From: an uncultured delta proteobacterium
GTDB lineage: Bacteria; Myxococcota; UBA727; VGSZ01
Reading direction: 5' to 3'
Assembly: GCA_963775425.1 (NCBI GenBank)
Contig: CAVZJB010000011.1
Span: 832,001 to 896,000, forward strand
DNA: 64,000 nt
The notes under the pieces were generated by a model. It was given only the letters and a program-made list of their open reading frames with translations. It searched no databases and was not told where the DNA came from. Positions 19,681-29,355 of the stretch are shown here, one piece after another. Made by a program: the position numbers and the translations under genes. How positions within the stretch are numbered: the first letter of the stretch is position 1; every line of letters begins with the position of its first letter.

Positions 19681-20190
19681 ATGCGAACGACGACGCTGAC
19701 GCTGTTGATGCTCATGCTCGCGCCGCTCGCGGCCTGCGCGGGCGGCCAGAAGAAGCCGGTCGCGCGGGCGGTGACGCCGGCGCCCGCCCCCGCACCCAAG
19801 CCGCAGGCGGCCGCGGCGCCCAAGCCGGCGCCGGCGCCGATCGCGGAGACGTTTCCGACGACGGACCCCCTGTACTTCGCCTTCGACTCCGCGCTTTTGA
19901 AGACGGAGAACGAGACGGAGCTGAAGGCGGTGGCCGCGTACCTCGTCAAGCACCCCGAGGCGCACATCCGCGTCGAGGGCAACACCGACACGCTCGGGAC
20001 CGCCGAGTACAACCTCGCGCTCGGCGAGCGGCGCGCGCGCGCCGCCGCGGAGTACCTGCTGCGCCTCGGCGTGAAGGCCGATCAGCTCAAGAGCGTCTCG
20101 TACGGTGAGGAGCACCCCGCTGTCCGCGGCGACGGCGAAGCGGTGTGGGCGCAGAACCGCCGTGACGTCCTGGTTCCGGGAGGGAGCTGA
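19681..20190 (+). CDS. OmpA family / Pal-like peptidoglycan-associated lipoprotein
   Basis: Lipobox LAAC; YFAFDS, VEGNTD..GTAEYNLALGERRA, SYGEEHP and QNRR motifs. Confidence 0.9.
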   Translation: MRTTTLTLLMLMLAPLAACAGGQKKPVARAVTPAPAPAPKPQAAAAPKPAPAPIAETFPTTDPLYFAFDSALLKTENETELKAVAAYLVKHPEAHIRVEGNTDTLGTAEYNLALGERRARAAAEYLLRLGVKADQLKSVSYGEEHPAVRGDGEAVWAQNRRDVLVPGGS

Positions 20191-20191
20191 C

Positions 20192-21172
20192 ATGAGGCCT
20201 GTCTCGCTGACCGTCGTCCCCTCCCACAACGCCGCGGGCGAGGAAGCCACCGCGCGCCCGTTCATCGCCGAGTGCGACGCCATGCGCTCCGTGCTCGCCA
20301 CGGTCGCGCGCATCGCGGGCAATGACGCCCCGGTGCTCGTCACCGGCGAGACCGGCACGGGCAAGGGCATCATCGCGCGCGCCGTACACGCCGCGAGCCC
20401 GCGCGCGTCGCGTCCCTTTGTCTCGGTCAACTGCGCGGCGCTTCCGGAGCCGCTGCTCGAGATGGAGCTGTTCGGCTCGGGCAAGCCCGCGCACCCCGGT
20501 GGGGCGCCCACGCGACGCGGCCTCTTCGTCGAGGCGCAGGGCGGGACGCTCTTCCTCGACGAGATCGGTGATCTGTCCGCGGGCATCCAGGCCAAGCTGC
20601 TGCACGTGCTCGAGCGTGCGGTGGTGCGACCGAGCGGCGAAAAAGATCCTGCGCCGGACGTGCGCCTCGTGACCGCCACGCACAAGAACCTGCACCGCGC
20701 GGCGGAGCAGGGCACGTTCCGCGAGGACCTCCTGTTCCGCCTCGACGTCATGTCCATCGAGCTCCCCGCGCTGCGCGATCGGGGCGCAGACTTCACGGCG
20801 TTGGCGGAGTTGGCGTTCAAGGCGGCCAAGGCGCGCCACCCGTCGTCGCCGGTGGTCGAGATCGGCGACGAAGCCATGGAGCGCCTGCGTGCACATCGCT
20901 GGCCCGGGAACATCCGCGAGCTCGAGGCGGTGATCGAGCGCCTGGTGGCCGTGGGCAATCGCTCCGTCGTCGGCGTCGACGATCTGCCGGTGCGCCTGGT
21001 GCGCCCGGCGCCGGCGCCGCCCTTCGGTGGCGACGTCATCCCCATCCGAACGCTACAACACCTGTATGCGCGCTGGGCCCTCGCAGAGCTTGGCGGCGTG
21101 CGCAAGCGCACCGCCGAGCGCCTCGGTGTCGACGTCAAGACGCTCGCCAAATGGCTCGCATATGACGGGTAG
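20192..21172 (+). CDS. sigma54-interaction (bEBP-like) AAA+ regulator without sensory domain
   Basis: GETGTGK, NCAAL, LFLDEIG, FREDLLFRL, WPGNIREL and a C-terminal HTH; GAFTGA loop is degenerate. Confidence 0.88.
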   Translation: MRPVSLTVVPSHNAAGEEATARPFIAECDAMRSVLATVARIAGNDAPVLVTGETGTGKGIIARAVHAASPRASRPFVSVNCAALPEPLLEMELFGSGKPAHPGGAPTRRGLFVEAQGGTLFLDEIGDLSAGIQAKLLHVLERAVVRPSGEKDPAPDVRLVTATHKNLHRAAEQGTFREDLLFRLDVMSIELPALRDRGADFTALAELAFKAAKARHPSSPVVEIGDEAMERLRAHRWPGNIRELEAVIERLVAVGNRSVVGVDDLPVRLVRPAPAPPFGGDVIPIRTLQHLYARWALAELGGVRKRTAERLGVDVKTLAKWLAYDG

Positions 21173-21959
21173 GCGGCCGCCGCGCGCGCTCCGCCTGCTC
21201 ACTGTGACCACGCGCGTCCGATCCCTCGGGTCGCTGGTCGTCCTCGCTTTGCTCGCCGCGGGCCCCGCTTCTCCCGCCCCGACGGAGTCCACCGACGGCC
21301 GCGCCCCGCGCATGCAGTTCCGCGGCCGCACCTATCGCGTGGCGTGGCCCGACGGCGACGCGCGCGGCGTCCTCATCTTCATGCATGGCCTCTCGCGCCA
21401 GCCCTTCGTCGAGGAGGGCGAGGGCATGGCGGCCATCGCGCGGATCGCCAACGCCCGCGGCATGGTGGCCGTGTTCCCGCGCGCTCGCCGCCTGTGCGGC
21501 GCGGGCAAGCGCTGCTGGTCCACGGCCGACCCCGACGGGGAGCTCGGCTACGTCGACGCGCTCGTCGACCACCTCGAGCGCCAGAGCGGCGCGCGCTTCG
21601 ACGAGCGGCAAATCGTCGGCTTTTCCAACGGCGGGTTCCTCGTGGGCGCCGGCGTCGAGCAGGGGCTCCTCGACGACTACGGGCGCGTGGGCATCATCGC
21701 CGCCGGCCCCGTCGGACACGCCCGCCACCGCAGCCTGTCCGCGGCGCCGCCGATCTTCATCGAGGTCGGCACCGAGGATCGCTACCAGCGGGGCTCCACG
21801 GAGCGCCTCTACCGCCGCTTCGACGCCATGACCCCCAAGCAGCTCCTCTTCCGCGAGGTCCCCGGCCGCCACGTCATCAACGCCGCGCGCGCCGAGTCGT
21901 TCCTCGCCTGGTTCTGGAAGGACGACACCTCGTCGCACCGCGCGCTCACCGAGCGCTGA
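21162..21959 (+). CDS. secreted alpha/beta hydrolase (esterase/PHB depolymerase-like)
   Basis: IFMHG oxyanion motif, GFSNGG nucleophile elbow, GTED and GRH completing the triad; signal-like N-terminus. Confidence 0.8.
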   Translation: MTGRRPPRALRLLTVTTRVRSLGSLVVLALLAAGPASPAPTESTDGRAPRMQFRGRTYRVAWPDGDARGVLIFMHGLSRQPFVEEGEGMAAIARIANARGMVAVFPRARRLCGAGKRCWSTADPDGELGYVDALVDHLERQSGARFDERQIVGFSNGGFLVGAGVEQGLLDDYGRVGIIAAGPVGHARHRSLSAAPPIFIEVGTEDRYQRGSTERLYRRFDAMTPKQLLFREVPGRHVINAARAESFLAWFWKDDTSSHRALTER

Positions 21960-22052
21960 GGTGTCTCGCGCGGCCGTCAAGGACGACATCGTCGCGCGCG
22001 TCGTGCTGACACACGTCGCTGCGGGCGCGTGGCCGGCGTGCAAAAAGGGGAC

Positions 22053-23516
22053 ATGGTGTTCGCGGCGGTCCAGAAGCATCCGCGATATCGCGTCTCGGTG
22101 CCCGTCGAGGTCGTCGGCGCCGCCGGCGACGCCACAGCGCTCCGGCTCGAGGACATCTCGCTGGGCGGTGCGTTCATCCGCACGCCCATGCCGCACCCGC
22201 CGGGGAGCTTCGTGCGCGTGCGCTTGCCCATCCCCGACGCGCCGGCGCTGATGGGCCGGGTGGTGCACGTGATCGACGGTGCCTCGAGCGTCGTCAAGTC
22301 GCGCGCGCCCGGGATGGGCATCCAGTTCGACGGCCTCTCGCCGGCCAACGAAGAGTCGCTTCGATGCTTCGTCGATCGTCTCATCACCGAGCAGCGGCGA
22401 TCGCGCGCCCGTCGCGGCGACGCCCGCTTCGTCGACGACGCGCATGTGCAGGTGACCAAGGACCGGGGGGCGCTCGCGCGCCTGTGGGCCAGCGGCCTCG
22501 CGGAGGGCGCCCTCGAGGTGGACGGCGAGGGCCGCGCCGGCAACCGGGTCGTCGTCGACATCGGCCCGCTGCGCTTCGGCGCGGACGTGTTGGATGCGCG
22601 GCCGGCGTCGGCGACGCTGCGCCTGGTGGACATGCAGGGCGACAAGCGCGACGCCCTCGCCCGCTTCATCGCCGGCGTCGACAACGTCATCCGCGTAACC
22701 CCGGCGCGCGCGCCGGATCCGCTTCTCGCGCGGGCGTTGGCGGAGGCGCGCCGGCTGTGCACCGGCGTCGAGGGCGGCGACGCGCTTGTCGGGCTCGGGC
22801 TGCCCCGGGGCTCGACGGGGGATGCGGTGCGCGCGCGCGCCGCGGAGCTCGCGGCGCTGTTTTCCACGGAGCTCCCGGACGCCTCGCCGCCGCAACGGGT
22901 GCGCTTGGCGTCGGCGGCGCGCGTGCTGATCGACGTGGAGAAGGCGGCACACGCCCTGATCGGCGAGCTCCTGCCGCCGCCCCCCGCCGCACCGCCGGCC
23001 GAGCAGGTCTCCGAGCGCCTCGCGGAGCTGCTCGACGAGGCGACGTTCCTCGAGTCGGTGGGCCGCTACGAGGAGGCGCAGGAGGCGTTGCACGAGGCCG
23101 TCGCCGTCGACCCGGACGACGTCGAGGTCGCGCGCCGCCTGCTGGCGTTGAACGACGCCATCGATCGGGCGCACGCGCTCGACTTGTTGAAGGACGTCGC
23201 CGGCGCCGCGCGCGAGGACGCCGTCGCGCGCGCGCGCAAGGCGATCGATCTGTCGTCGTCGCGGGACGTGCTCATGCGCGCGCTGCGCGTGTTCTCCACG
23301 GCGAGCGCGGACGCGGACGCCGTGGCCGTGGCCATCCGCTGCGTCGATCAGAATCCCACCGACGAGCTTCCGCTGTTCGCGCTGCTCCACCTGCACGAGG
23401 CCGCGGGGCGGTACCGCGAAGCGGCGCGCGCCGGCGAGGCGCTCCTGCGGCTCCGCCCGGAGGACTTCGCGCTGAAGGAGCGCGTCCGCCTCATCGTCCG
23501 CGCCGCGCGCGGCTGA
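22053..23516 (+). CDS. PilZ domain + J-like helical + TPR protein
   Basis: PRYRV...DISLGGAFI...GRVVHV...PGMGIQF (PilZ); a second degenerate PilZ; LGLPRGS (J-like); C-terminal TPRs. Confidence 0.8.
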   Translation: MVFAAVQKHPRYRVSVPVEVVGAAGDATALRLEDISLGGAFIRTPMPHPPGSFVRVRLPIPDAPALMGRVVHVIDGASSVVKSRAPGMGIQFDGLSPANEESLRCFVDRLITEQRRSRARRGDARFVDDAHVQVTKDRGALARLWASGLAEGALEVDGEGRAGNRVVVDIGPLRFGADVLDARPASATLRLVDMQGDKRDALARFIAGVDNVIRVTPARAPDPLLARALAEARRLCTGVEGGDALVGLGLPRGSTGDAVRARAAELAALFSTELPDASPPQRVRLASAARVLIDVEKAAHALIGELLPPPPAAPPAEQVSERLAELLDEATFLESVGRYEEAQEALHEAVAVDPDDVEVARRLLALNDAIDRAHALDLLKDVAGAAREDAVARARKAIDLSSSRDVLMRALRVFSTASADADAVAVAIRCVDQNPTDELPLFALLHLHEAAGRYREAARAGEALLRLRPEDFALKERVRLIVRAARG

Positions 23517-23603
23517 CGCCCTCCCGGTGGCAGCGTTCCCGAGTGAACCGCGCGCGGCACGCGGCTATCATCGGGCCGTGGACTCCGCCGCCGAGGCACG
23601 GGC

Positions 23604-24488
23604 ATGAGCAATCGTTTCGTCGTCGTGGGGTCTTGCGTCGTCATCGGTGTGCAGCTCGTGGCGCCGCTGGTGTTGGGCGTGCCTCAGATGCTGAAGAAGG
23701 ACGCGCCGCTTCGCCGGCGACGAGGGCGCGCCGGCGCGAAGGCCGCGGCGGCCGATGACGCCGCCGTCGACCGCCTCGCGCCGCTCGCGTGCCCCAACTG
23801 TCACGCGCCCGTGCCGCTCGCGGGGCGCTCCTTCCCGTGCCCCTCCTGCGGCGCCGAGGTGGTCCCGCCCGCCGACTACGCCGTCGCCCTCGTCAAGCAC
23901 GCCGAGGCCGAGCGCGTGCTCGCGCGCGCGGAGCGCGTGTGGCGCTGGTCGCGGTTCAGCTCGGCGTTCATCACCGTCTGGCTCGCCCGCCTCGCGATGG
24001 TCGCGTGGAGCCTCGCCGTCATCGCCGCGGCCGTCTTCGTCGACGACGTGGGTTGGCCGTCGCCGGTGGCCTTCCTCGCCGGCATCCTCGCTCTGGTGCA
24101 GCTCCTCGTCGGGCTCGCGCTCGTGTCGGTGTTCGCCGACATGAAAAAGACGTTGCCGCCGCTGCCCAAGCGGCGCGCCCTCGCGATCGACGCCGGCGCC
24201 GGCGCGTGCCGCGGCTGCGGCGCCCCGGTGGCGTTCGCGGCCGGCCGGCTCGCGGTGACGTGCGGCTACTGCAGCGCGGTCACCTACCGCGCGGCGCTCG
24301 CCCGCGCGGGCCGCGAGACCGCGGAGCGGGGGGACGCCGAGGCGCGCACGTCGCTGCTCGACGCGGTCGGTGCGCTCGACAAGCGCCGGAACGAGGTCAC
24401 GTTGTTCCTCGGTTTCCTGGCCATCGCCGAGATCTTCTACGCGGTGGTGCTCGCACTCGGCTCCGCCTACGACCTCGTGCTCGGCTGA
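23604..24488 (+). CDS. membrane protein with two zinc-ribbon domains
   Basis: CPNC/CPSC and CRGC/CGYC pairs separated by TM helices. Confidence 0.75.
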   Translation: MSNRFVVVGSCVVIGVQLVAPLVLGVPQMLKKDAPLRRRRGRAGAKAAAADDAAVDRLAPLACPNCHAPVPLAGRSFPCPSCGAEVVPPADYAVALVKHAEAERVLARAERVWRWSRFSSAFITVWLARLAMVAWSLAVIAAAVFVDDVGWPSPVAFLAGILALVQLLVGLALVSVFADMKKTLPPLPKRRALAIDAGAGACRGCGAPVAFAAGRLAVTCGYCSAVTYRAALARAGRETAERGDAEARTSLLDAVGALDKRRNEVTLFLGFLAIAEIFYAVVLALGSAYDLVLG

Positions 24489-24874
24489 CTCCAGAGCGCT
24501 TCGAGGATCGCGTCGGCGATCTCCGCGTCGTCGATGACGAGGGAGGCGCCGAAGTCGAGGATGGACTCGAGCTCGTCGACGTCGACGGTGCCGGAGGGGG
24601 CCGTGACGAGGACGGGGACGCCGGCGAAGCGCCCGTCGAGGGTCGGCAGCGCCTCTGCGGCGACCACGACGGCGTCGAATTCCTCCGCGTCGCCGCGGAG
24701 CTCCTCGACGAAGCTCACCGTGAAGCCGCCGCGCTCGAGGCGCCGCCGCGTCAGGCGGCGGGTGAAGACGCCTTCGTCGACGACCAACACGTGCCGGCCG
24801 AGGCCGGGGAAGTCATCGTCCGACGGGACGTTCGGTTCGAGCGCGAGGCCGGGGAGGAGCGAGAGGTGGCGCAT
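24467..24874 (-). CDS. degenerate stand-alone receiver-like domain protein
   Basis: HVLVVDEG..TRRL..RRLERGGFTV...FDAVVVA...GVPVLVT pattern of a REC fold. Confidence 0.6.
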   Translation of the reverse strand: MRHLSLLPGLALEPNVPSDDDFPGLGRHVLVVDEGVFTRRLTRRRLERGGFTVSFVEELRGDAEEFDAVVVAAEALPTLDGRFAGVPVLVTAPSGTVDVDELESILDFGASLVIDDAEIADAILEALWSQPSTRS

Positions 24875-24996
24875 GCCCTCTCCATCGGCACACGCCTGCG
24901 GATCTGAAGGCGGCGGGGCGCGGCGACGCCGCCGTCAGCAGACCGTCCTTGCGGCCCGACGGGATCACGGTCGTTAGCGTGAAGGAGGAGGCCAGC

Positions 24997-25449
24997 ATGG
25001 ACGTCATCGACAAGCTCAACGACATGATCGCCCTCGACATCGACGCCGTGCACGCCTACGAGGCCGCGATCAAGAGGCTCGAGGCCATCGAGCTTCGCCA
25101 ACAGCTCCGCCAGTTCCAGGCCGATCACGAACGCCACGTCAGCGCCTTGTCCGCCGTCGTCGTCAAGCTCGGCGGAACGCCGCGCGCCCGCGGTGACGTC
25201 ATGGGCGTGCTCCGCCAGGGCTTCACCGCCGTGACCGCGATGATGGGCGACGAATCGGCGCTGCGCGCGATGAGGGGAAACGAAGAGATGCTCGCGAGGG
25301 CATACCGGGCGGCGCTCGACGCCTTGTGGCCGGACGAGGTGAAGACGCTCCTCGAGCAGAGCTACGCGGACGAAGAGCGGCACCTCGCGTTCGTCACCGA
25401 GGCGGAGAAGATGCGCCGCGGCTACGACGAACCCCGGCGGGTGCCCTGA
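24997..25449 (+). CDS. ferritin-like four-helix bundle protein (DUF2383/PA2169-like)
   Basis: LNDMIALDIDAVHAYEAA, DHERH and DEERH motifs; strong RBS AAGGAGGAG. Confidence 0.85.
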   Translation: MDVIDKLNDMIALDIDAVHAYEAAIKRLEAIELRQQLRQFQADHERHVSALSAVVVKLGGTPRARGDVMGVLRQGFTAVTAMMGDESALRAMRGNEEMLARAYRAALDALWPDEVKTLLEQSYADEERHLAFVTEAEKMRRGYDEPRRVP

Positions 25450-25488
25450 CGCGCTCTCGGAGGGACGAGAAGATCTCCTCCGATCGTC

Positions 25489-25503
25489 CGGCACGGGGGT
25501 TGC
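25489..25503 (+). promoter_or_regulatory. putative sigma54 -24/-12 promoter
   Basis: CGGCACG-GGGG-TTGC with exact GG-N10-GC spacing, just upstream of the HEAT-repeat gene. Confidence 0.55.
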
Positions 25504-25515
25504 CGTACCGAGGAC

Positions 25516-28291
25516 ATGCGCACACCGCCGCCAGCCCGTTCGCGCCGCCCCACGGCACCTGTCACCGCCCTCGCCGCCGTCGTCGTCATGCTCGCCGCGT
25601 CCGCGCGCGCCGGCGGGGATCCCGCCGACACCGCGGCGAGCCCGTCCGACACACCGCCCGCACACGAAGAGCCCGCACACAAGACAGCGCCCACACACCC
25701 CACCGCGCCCGGGACGCCCGGCGACGCCGCCGCGCCCGCCAAGCCCCGTGACACGCGCCACGCGCCCCGCGCCCCGCGCGACGCCGCGGCCGACGCCGCG
25801 CTCCTCGCCGCCATGCTTCGCCTCGAGCACGCGCTCGGCGAGACCGATCCGCGCGCGCGCGCCACGGAGACGGGCGACGCCGTGCGCGGCCTCTCCGCGC
25901 TCGACGATCCGCGCGCGGTGCCGGCGCTGCTCAGGCTCTCTCGCGCACCGGAGGTCGCGCTTCGCTTGAGCGCGCTCGGCGCGCTCGGCGCGTTCCTCGA
26001 CGATGAAGCGGCGCGCGCCCGGCTCGAGGAGACGCTCGCGCCGGGGACGCCGGCCGAGGACGCAGCGGTGGCGCTGCCGGCCCTCCTCGAGGCGGCCCGC
26101 AGGTTCCCGGGCGCGAAGTCGGTGCCATGCCCCGCCGGCGGCACCTGCGTCGACGACGGCGTCCTGCTCGACGCGCTGCTCGCATACGCCGACGCGGGCG
26201 CCGCCGCCGCCACCGCCGCCAGCGCCGCCGCCGCCGATCGTCCGCCCGCGGAGGCACGCCTGTCGCGCGCGGACGCCGTCACCGCCGTCGGCGCGCTGCG
26301 CGACCCTCGCGCGTTGCCGTTTCTCTGGCGGCTCTCCGCGGCGCCCGACGACGCCTTGCGCGCGGCGTCGCTGCACGGGCTCGCGGCGCAGGCGGCACAG
26401 CCGATGGCCAGGAAGCGGCTGCTCGAGGTGCTCGCCGCCGCGCCGTCGCCGGGCGACCGAGGCATCGCCGCCGGGGGCCTCGCCGCGCTCGCCGGTGACG
26501 ACGTCACACAGGCGCTCCTCGCGGCGCGCACGCGAGAGCAGGACGCCGGCGTGAAGAAGGCGCTCGAGGCCGTCCTCGGCAAGCGCGCGCCCGAGAAGCT
26601 CGCGGCGCTCCTCGAGGACGAGCGCCGCCGCCTCGCCGAGGAGGAGAACGCCCCCGACACGTTCGACACGCAGATGCGCTACACGCTCGCGGGCGTCGCC
26701 GGCCTCGGCGCCGCCGTCGGCAGCGCGGCGGCGTCGTCGGTGGTGGCCGATCAGAATCGCGCCGGGCAGCGGCGCCTGCTACGGCATCTGGGGCGCGTGC
26801 GCGGGCGGGGCCAGCGCCGCGGCGATCGGCTGGTTCGGTCTCGGCGATCGACGCATCGACGCCGCGCAGGTGGAGCTCGCCGCGTCGGCGAGCGTCTGGG
26901 GCGCGTGGGCGGGCCTGCTCGTTCCGCCCACCATCGGGCCCGCGGCGACCAAGGACGTGCGCCACATGGTGTACGCCGCGGCCGCCGGACAGCTCGTCGG
27001 CCTCACCGCGGGCACGGTCGGCGCCGTCGTCGCGCACCCGACCCAGGCGGACGTCGGCGAGATGAACGTCGTCGTTGTCGGCGCCAACGCGCTCACCGCG
27101 GGGCTCATCCTGTCGCTCCCTCCCTCGCCGGACGCGCGGCCGCTGTGGGGCTCGCTCATCGGCGCCACCGTGGCCGGTGCCGCCGGCGGCGCGCTGCTCG
27201 CGCCGCGCCTGACGCTCGACGAGCACGACCTGCTCCACGTGGCCGAGACCGCGGGCGTCGGCTTCGCCGCGGGGCTCGCCGTCGGCGGCGCCGTCTTGCC
27301 GTTCGACGAAGGGCACGGCGGGCTGCTCCTCGCGGGACCGCTCCTCGGCGCGGGCGTCGGCGCGGCCACCGGCGTCACGCTCGGGCAGCTTCACCTCACG
27401 CCCACCGACGGCGGCATGATCTACGAGGCGTGGGCGGCGGCCGCGGGCGGCGCCTTCGGCCTCGGCGGCGGCCTCTTCGTCGACGCGCTCGCGAACCCCA
27501 CGGCGGTCACCGCCTCGCCGACCCTGTGGCTCGGCGGCGCCGCGGTGGGCACCGTGCTCGGCGCCGCGAGCACCGCGTGGTTTCCGTCGGGCATCCCGCA
27601 GGACAGCGGCGACCTCATGCTGCAGCCGCTCTTCGTCGGCTTCGGCCTGTATCACGGCGCGGCGCTCGCGAGCCTCGCCAACGTCGACCCGCGGCTCGTC
27701 GGCGCGACCGCGCTCCTCACGCCTGCGCTCGTGAGCGCGGGCTTGGTCTACGCGGCGCCTTACGTGCGCGCGTCCACGGGCGACGTGTTGATGGTGGCCT
27801 CGATGATGGGCTTCGGCGCGTACTTCTCGGCGATGGGTCTGTTCTCGGCGACGGGCCACGGGACGGACGTCCCGGCGTACGGCTGGGTGCTCGGGACGTC
27901 GCTGGCGATGGACGCCGGCGTCGCCGGGGGCGTCGCGCTCGATCTCCTCGACATCGATCACGTCGGGTGGCGCACCACGTACGTCGCCGCCGTCGCCGCG
28001 GGCACCACGCTCGTGCTCTCGTTGCCCGGGGCGCTCGTGGCGCAGTCGACCAACGGCGCGGTGCAGGTGCCCGACGTGCTCCTCGCGTCGAGCGTGGTGG
28101 GCGTCGCCGTCGGCCTCCTCACCATGCCGCTCATCGACTTCCGCATCGCCCCGGACTGGGGCCTGTCGCAGCGCCCCGAGGAGACGAAGACCGCGAGCGC
28201 CGTGCGCGTGACGCCGACGCTCCTCGCGGTGCAGCCGCTCGCGGACGAGAGCGAAGCACCGCTCGCGCTCGGCGTAGTCGGTCGCTTCTGA
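25516..28291 (+). CDS. exported HEAT-repeat protein with Gly/Ala-rich multi-helix C-terminal domain (one frameshift at about 26755)
   Basis: Signal peptide and PBS-lyase/HEAT repeats (DPRAVPALL, DPRALPFL). Removing one A from cagaatc joins this frame to ORF 26870-28291, which ends in GVVGRF. Confidence 0.7.
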
Positions 28292-28307
28292 CGACGCCTG
28301 CTGAGCG

Positions 28308-28955
28308 TCACGCGAGCGCGCGCGCGAGGACGGCCGTCAACCGCGCGCCCGCGTCGTCGAGATCGGCGCCGAACGCGACGACGCCGTCCTCGTGGCCGCC
28401 CATGACGAACACGCGGACCTCGCGCAGGCGCGCGCTCGTCCACAGCCGCGCGACCTCCTCCGCCATCGCCACCGTGCCGTAGCCGACCTCGGCGCGCGTG
28501 GCCGGGAGCGCGAGCGCCGCGGCCGCGCGAAAGATCGGCGGGGCGTGCACGTGGAGCACCGCGCGCGCGTGGGGGACGGCGTCGTAGACGGCGCCGTGCG
28601 TGAGGGACTCGCTCGAGGGCAGGGAGGTGCCCCGGCTGGTGACCCGGTTTCTCCGCAGGTCCCACGCCTCGACGACGCAGGCGTCGTCGAGGTCGAAGCT
28701 CCGCTTGTCGCCGAGCTGCGTGGCCGTGACGAGGAACGCGCTCTTTTGTCCGCGGGGGCCGCGAAACGGCGGCACGCGCTCGCTCAGGTTGCCGAAGCCG
28801 ACGCCGCCGTAGCGGGCGGGGTCGACGCCGACGAAGCCGAGCGCCATCAGCACGGCGCGCCACCCGCCGAGCGCGGCGGCCGCCGGCGCGAGCGCCGGGT
28901 CGAGCGGCGTTCGCGTGTGGGCGGCCTGGAAGTGGATGACGCCTTCGCGCTCCAT
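28308..28955 (-). CDS. class II aldolase/adducin family protein
   Basis: GNLS, PSSESLTHGAVY, VLHVH and GHEDG metal-binding motifs. Confidence 0.85.
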   Translation of the reverse strand: MEREGVIHFQAAHTRTPLDPALAPAAAALGGWRAVLMALGFVGVDPARYGGVGFGNLSERVPPFRGPRGQKSAFLVTATQLGDKRSFDLDDACVVEAWDLRRNRVTSRGTSLPSSESLTHGAVYDAVPHARAVLHVHAPPIFRAAAALALPATRAEVGYGTVAMAEEVARLWTSARLREVRVFVMGGHEDGVVAFGADLDDAGARLTAVLARALA

Positions 28956-29355
28956 CGGCGCGAAGCTACAGCGCGGCGGGCATCAAGGGCAGCGGTCGAC
29001 GGGCGCCGCGTCAACGACGCTGACGGTGCCGCTCGGCAGGTCGACGTCGAGCGCGTGCCAGCGCGCGCGCGTGGCCGAGAGCGAGCGGGAGACGGTGGCC
29101 ACGGGCGCGGGGTCGTCGTCGAGGATGACGTCGACGGTGGCGAAGGTGGCGCCTAGATGACTACGAGCGTCACCGTGTACGTCCGTGGGCGTGAGCGAGG
29201 AGCCGCACGTCTGCGTGGTGGTGCGTCGTTTCATTCGTTGGGTCTCAGAGGGACGATCGTCGTCGACACGAACCGTTCGCGGGCAAACGGAAGCGAGCGC
29301 TGTCCTCCCGTTGCCGGATTCGCGTCCCGGCCGGCCGCGCAACAAACCATGACCA

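Noticed and set aside
24886-24900. Sigma54-like motif CGGCACACGCCTGC before the ferritin-like gene
   Set aside because: GG-to-GC spacing is 9, not the required 10.
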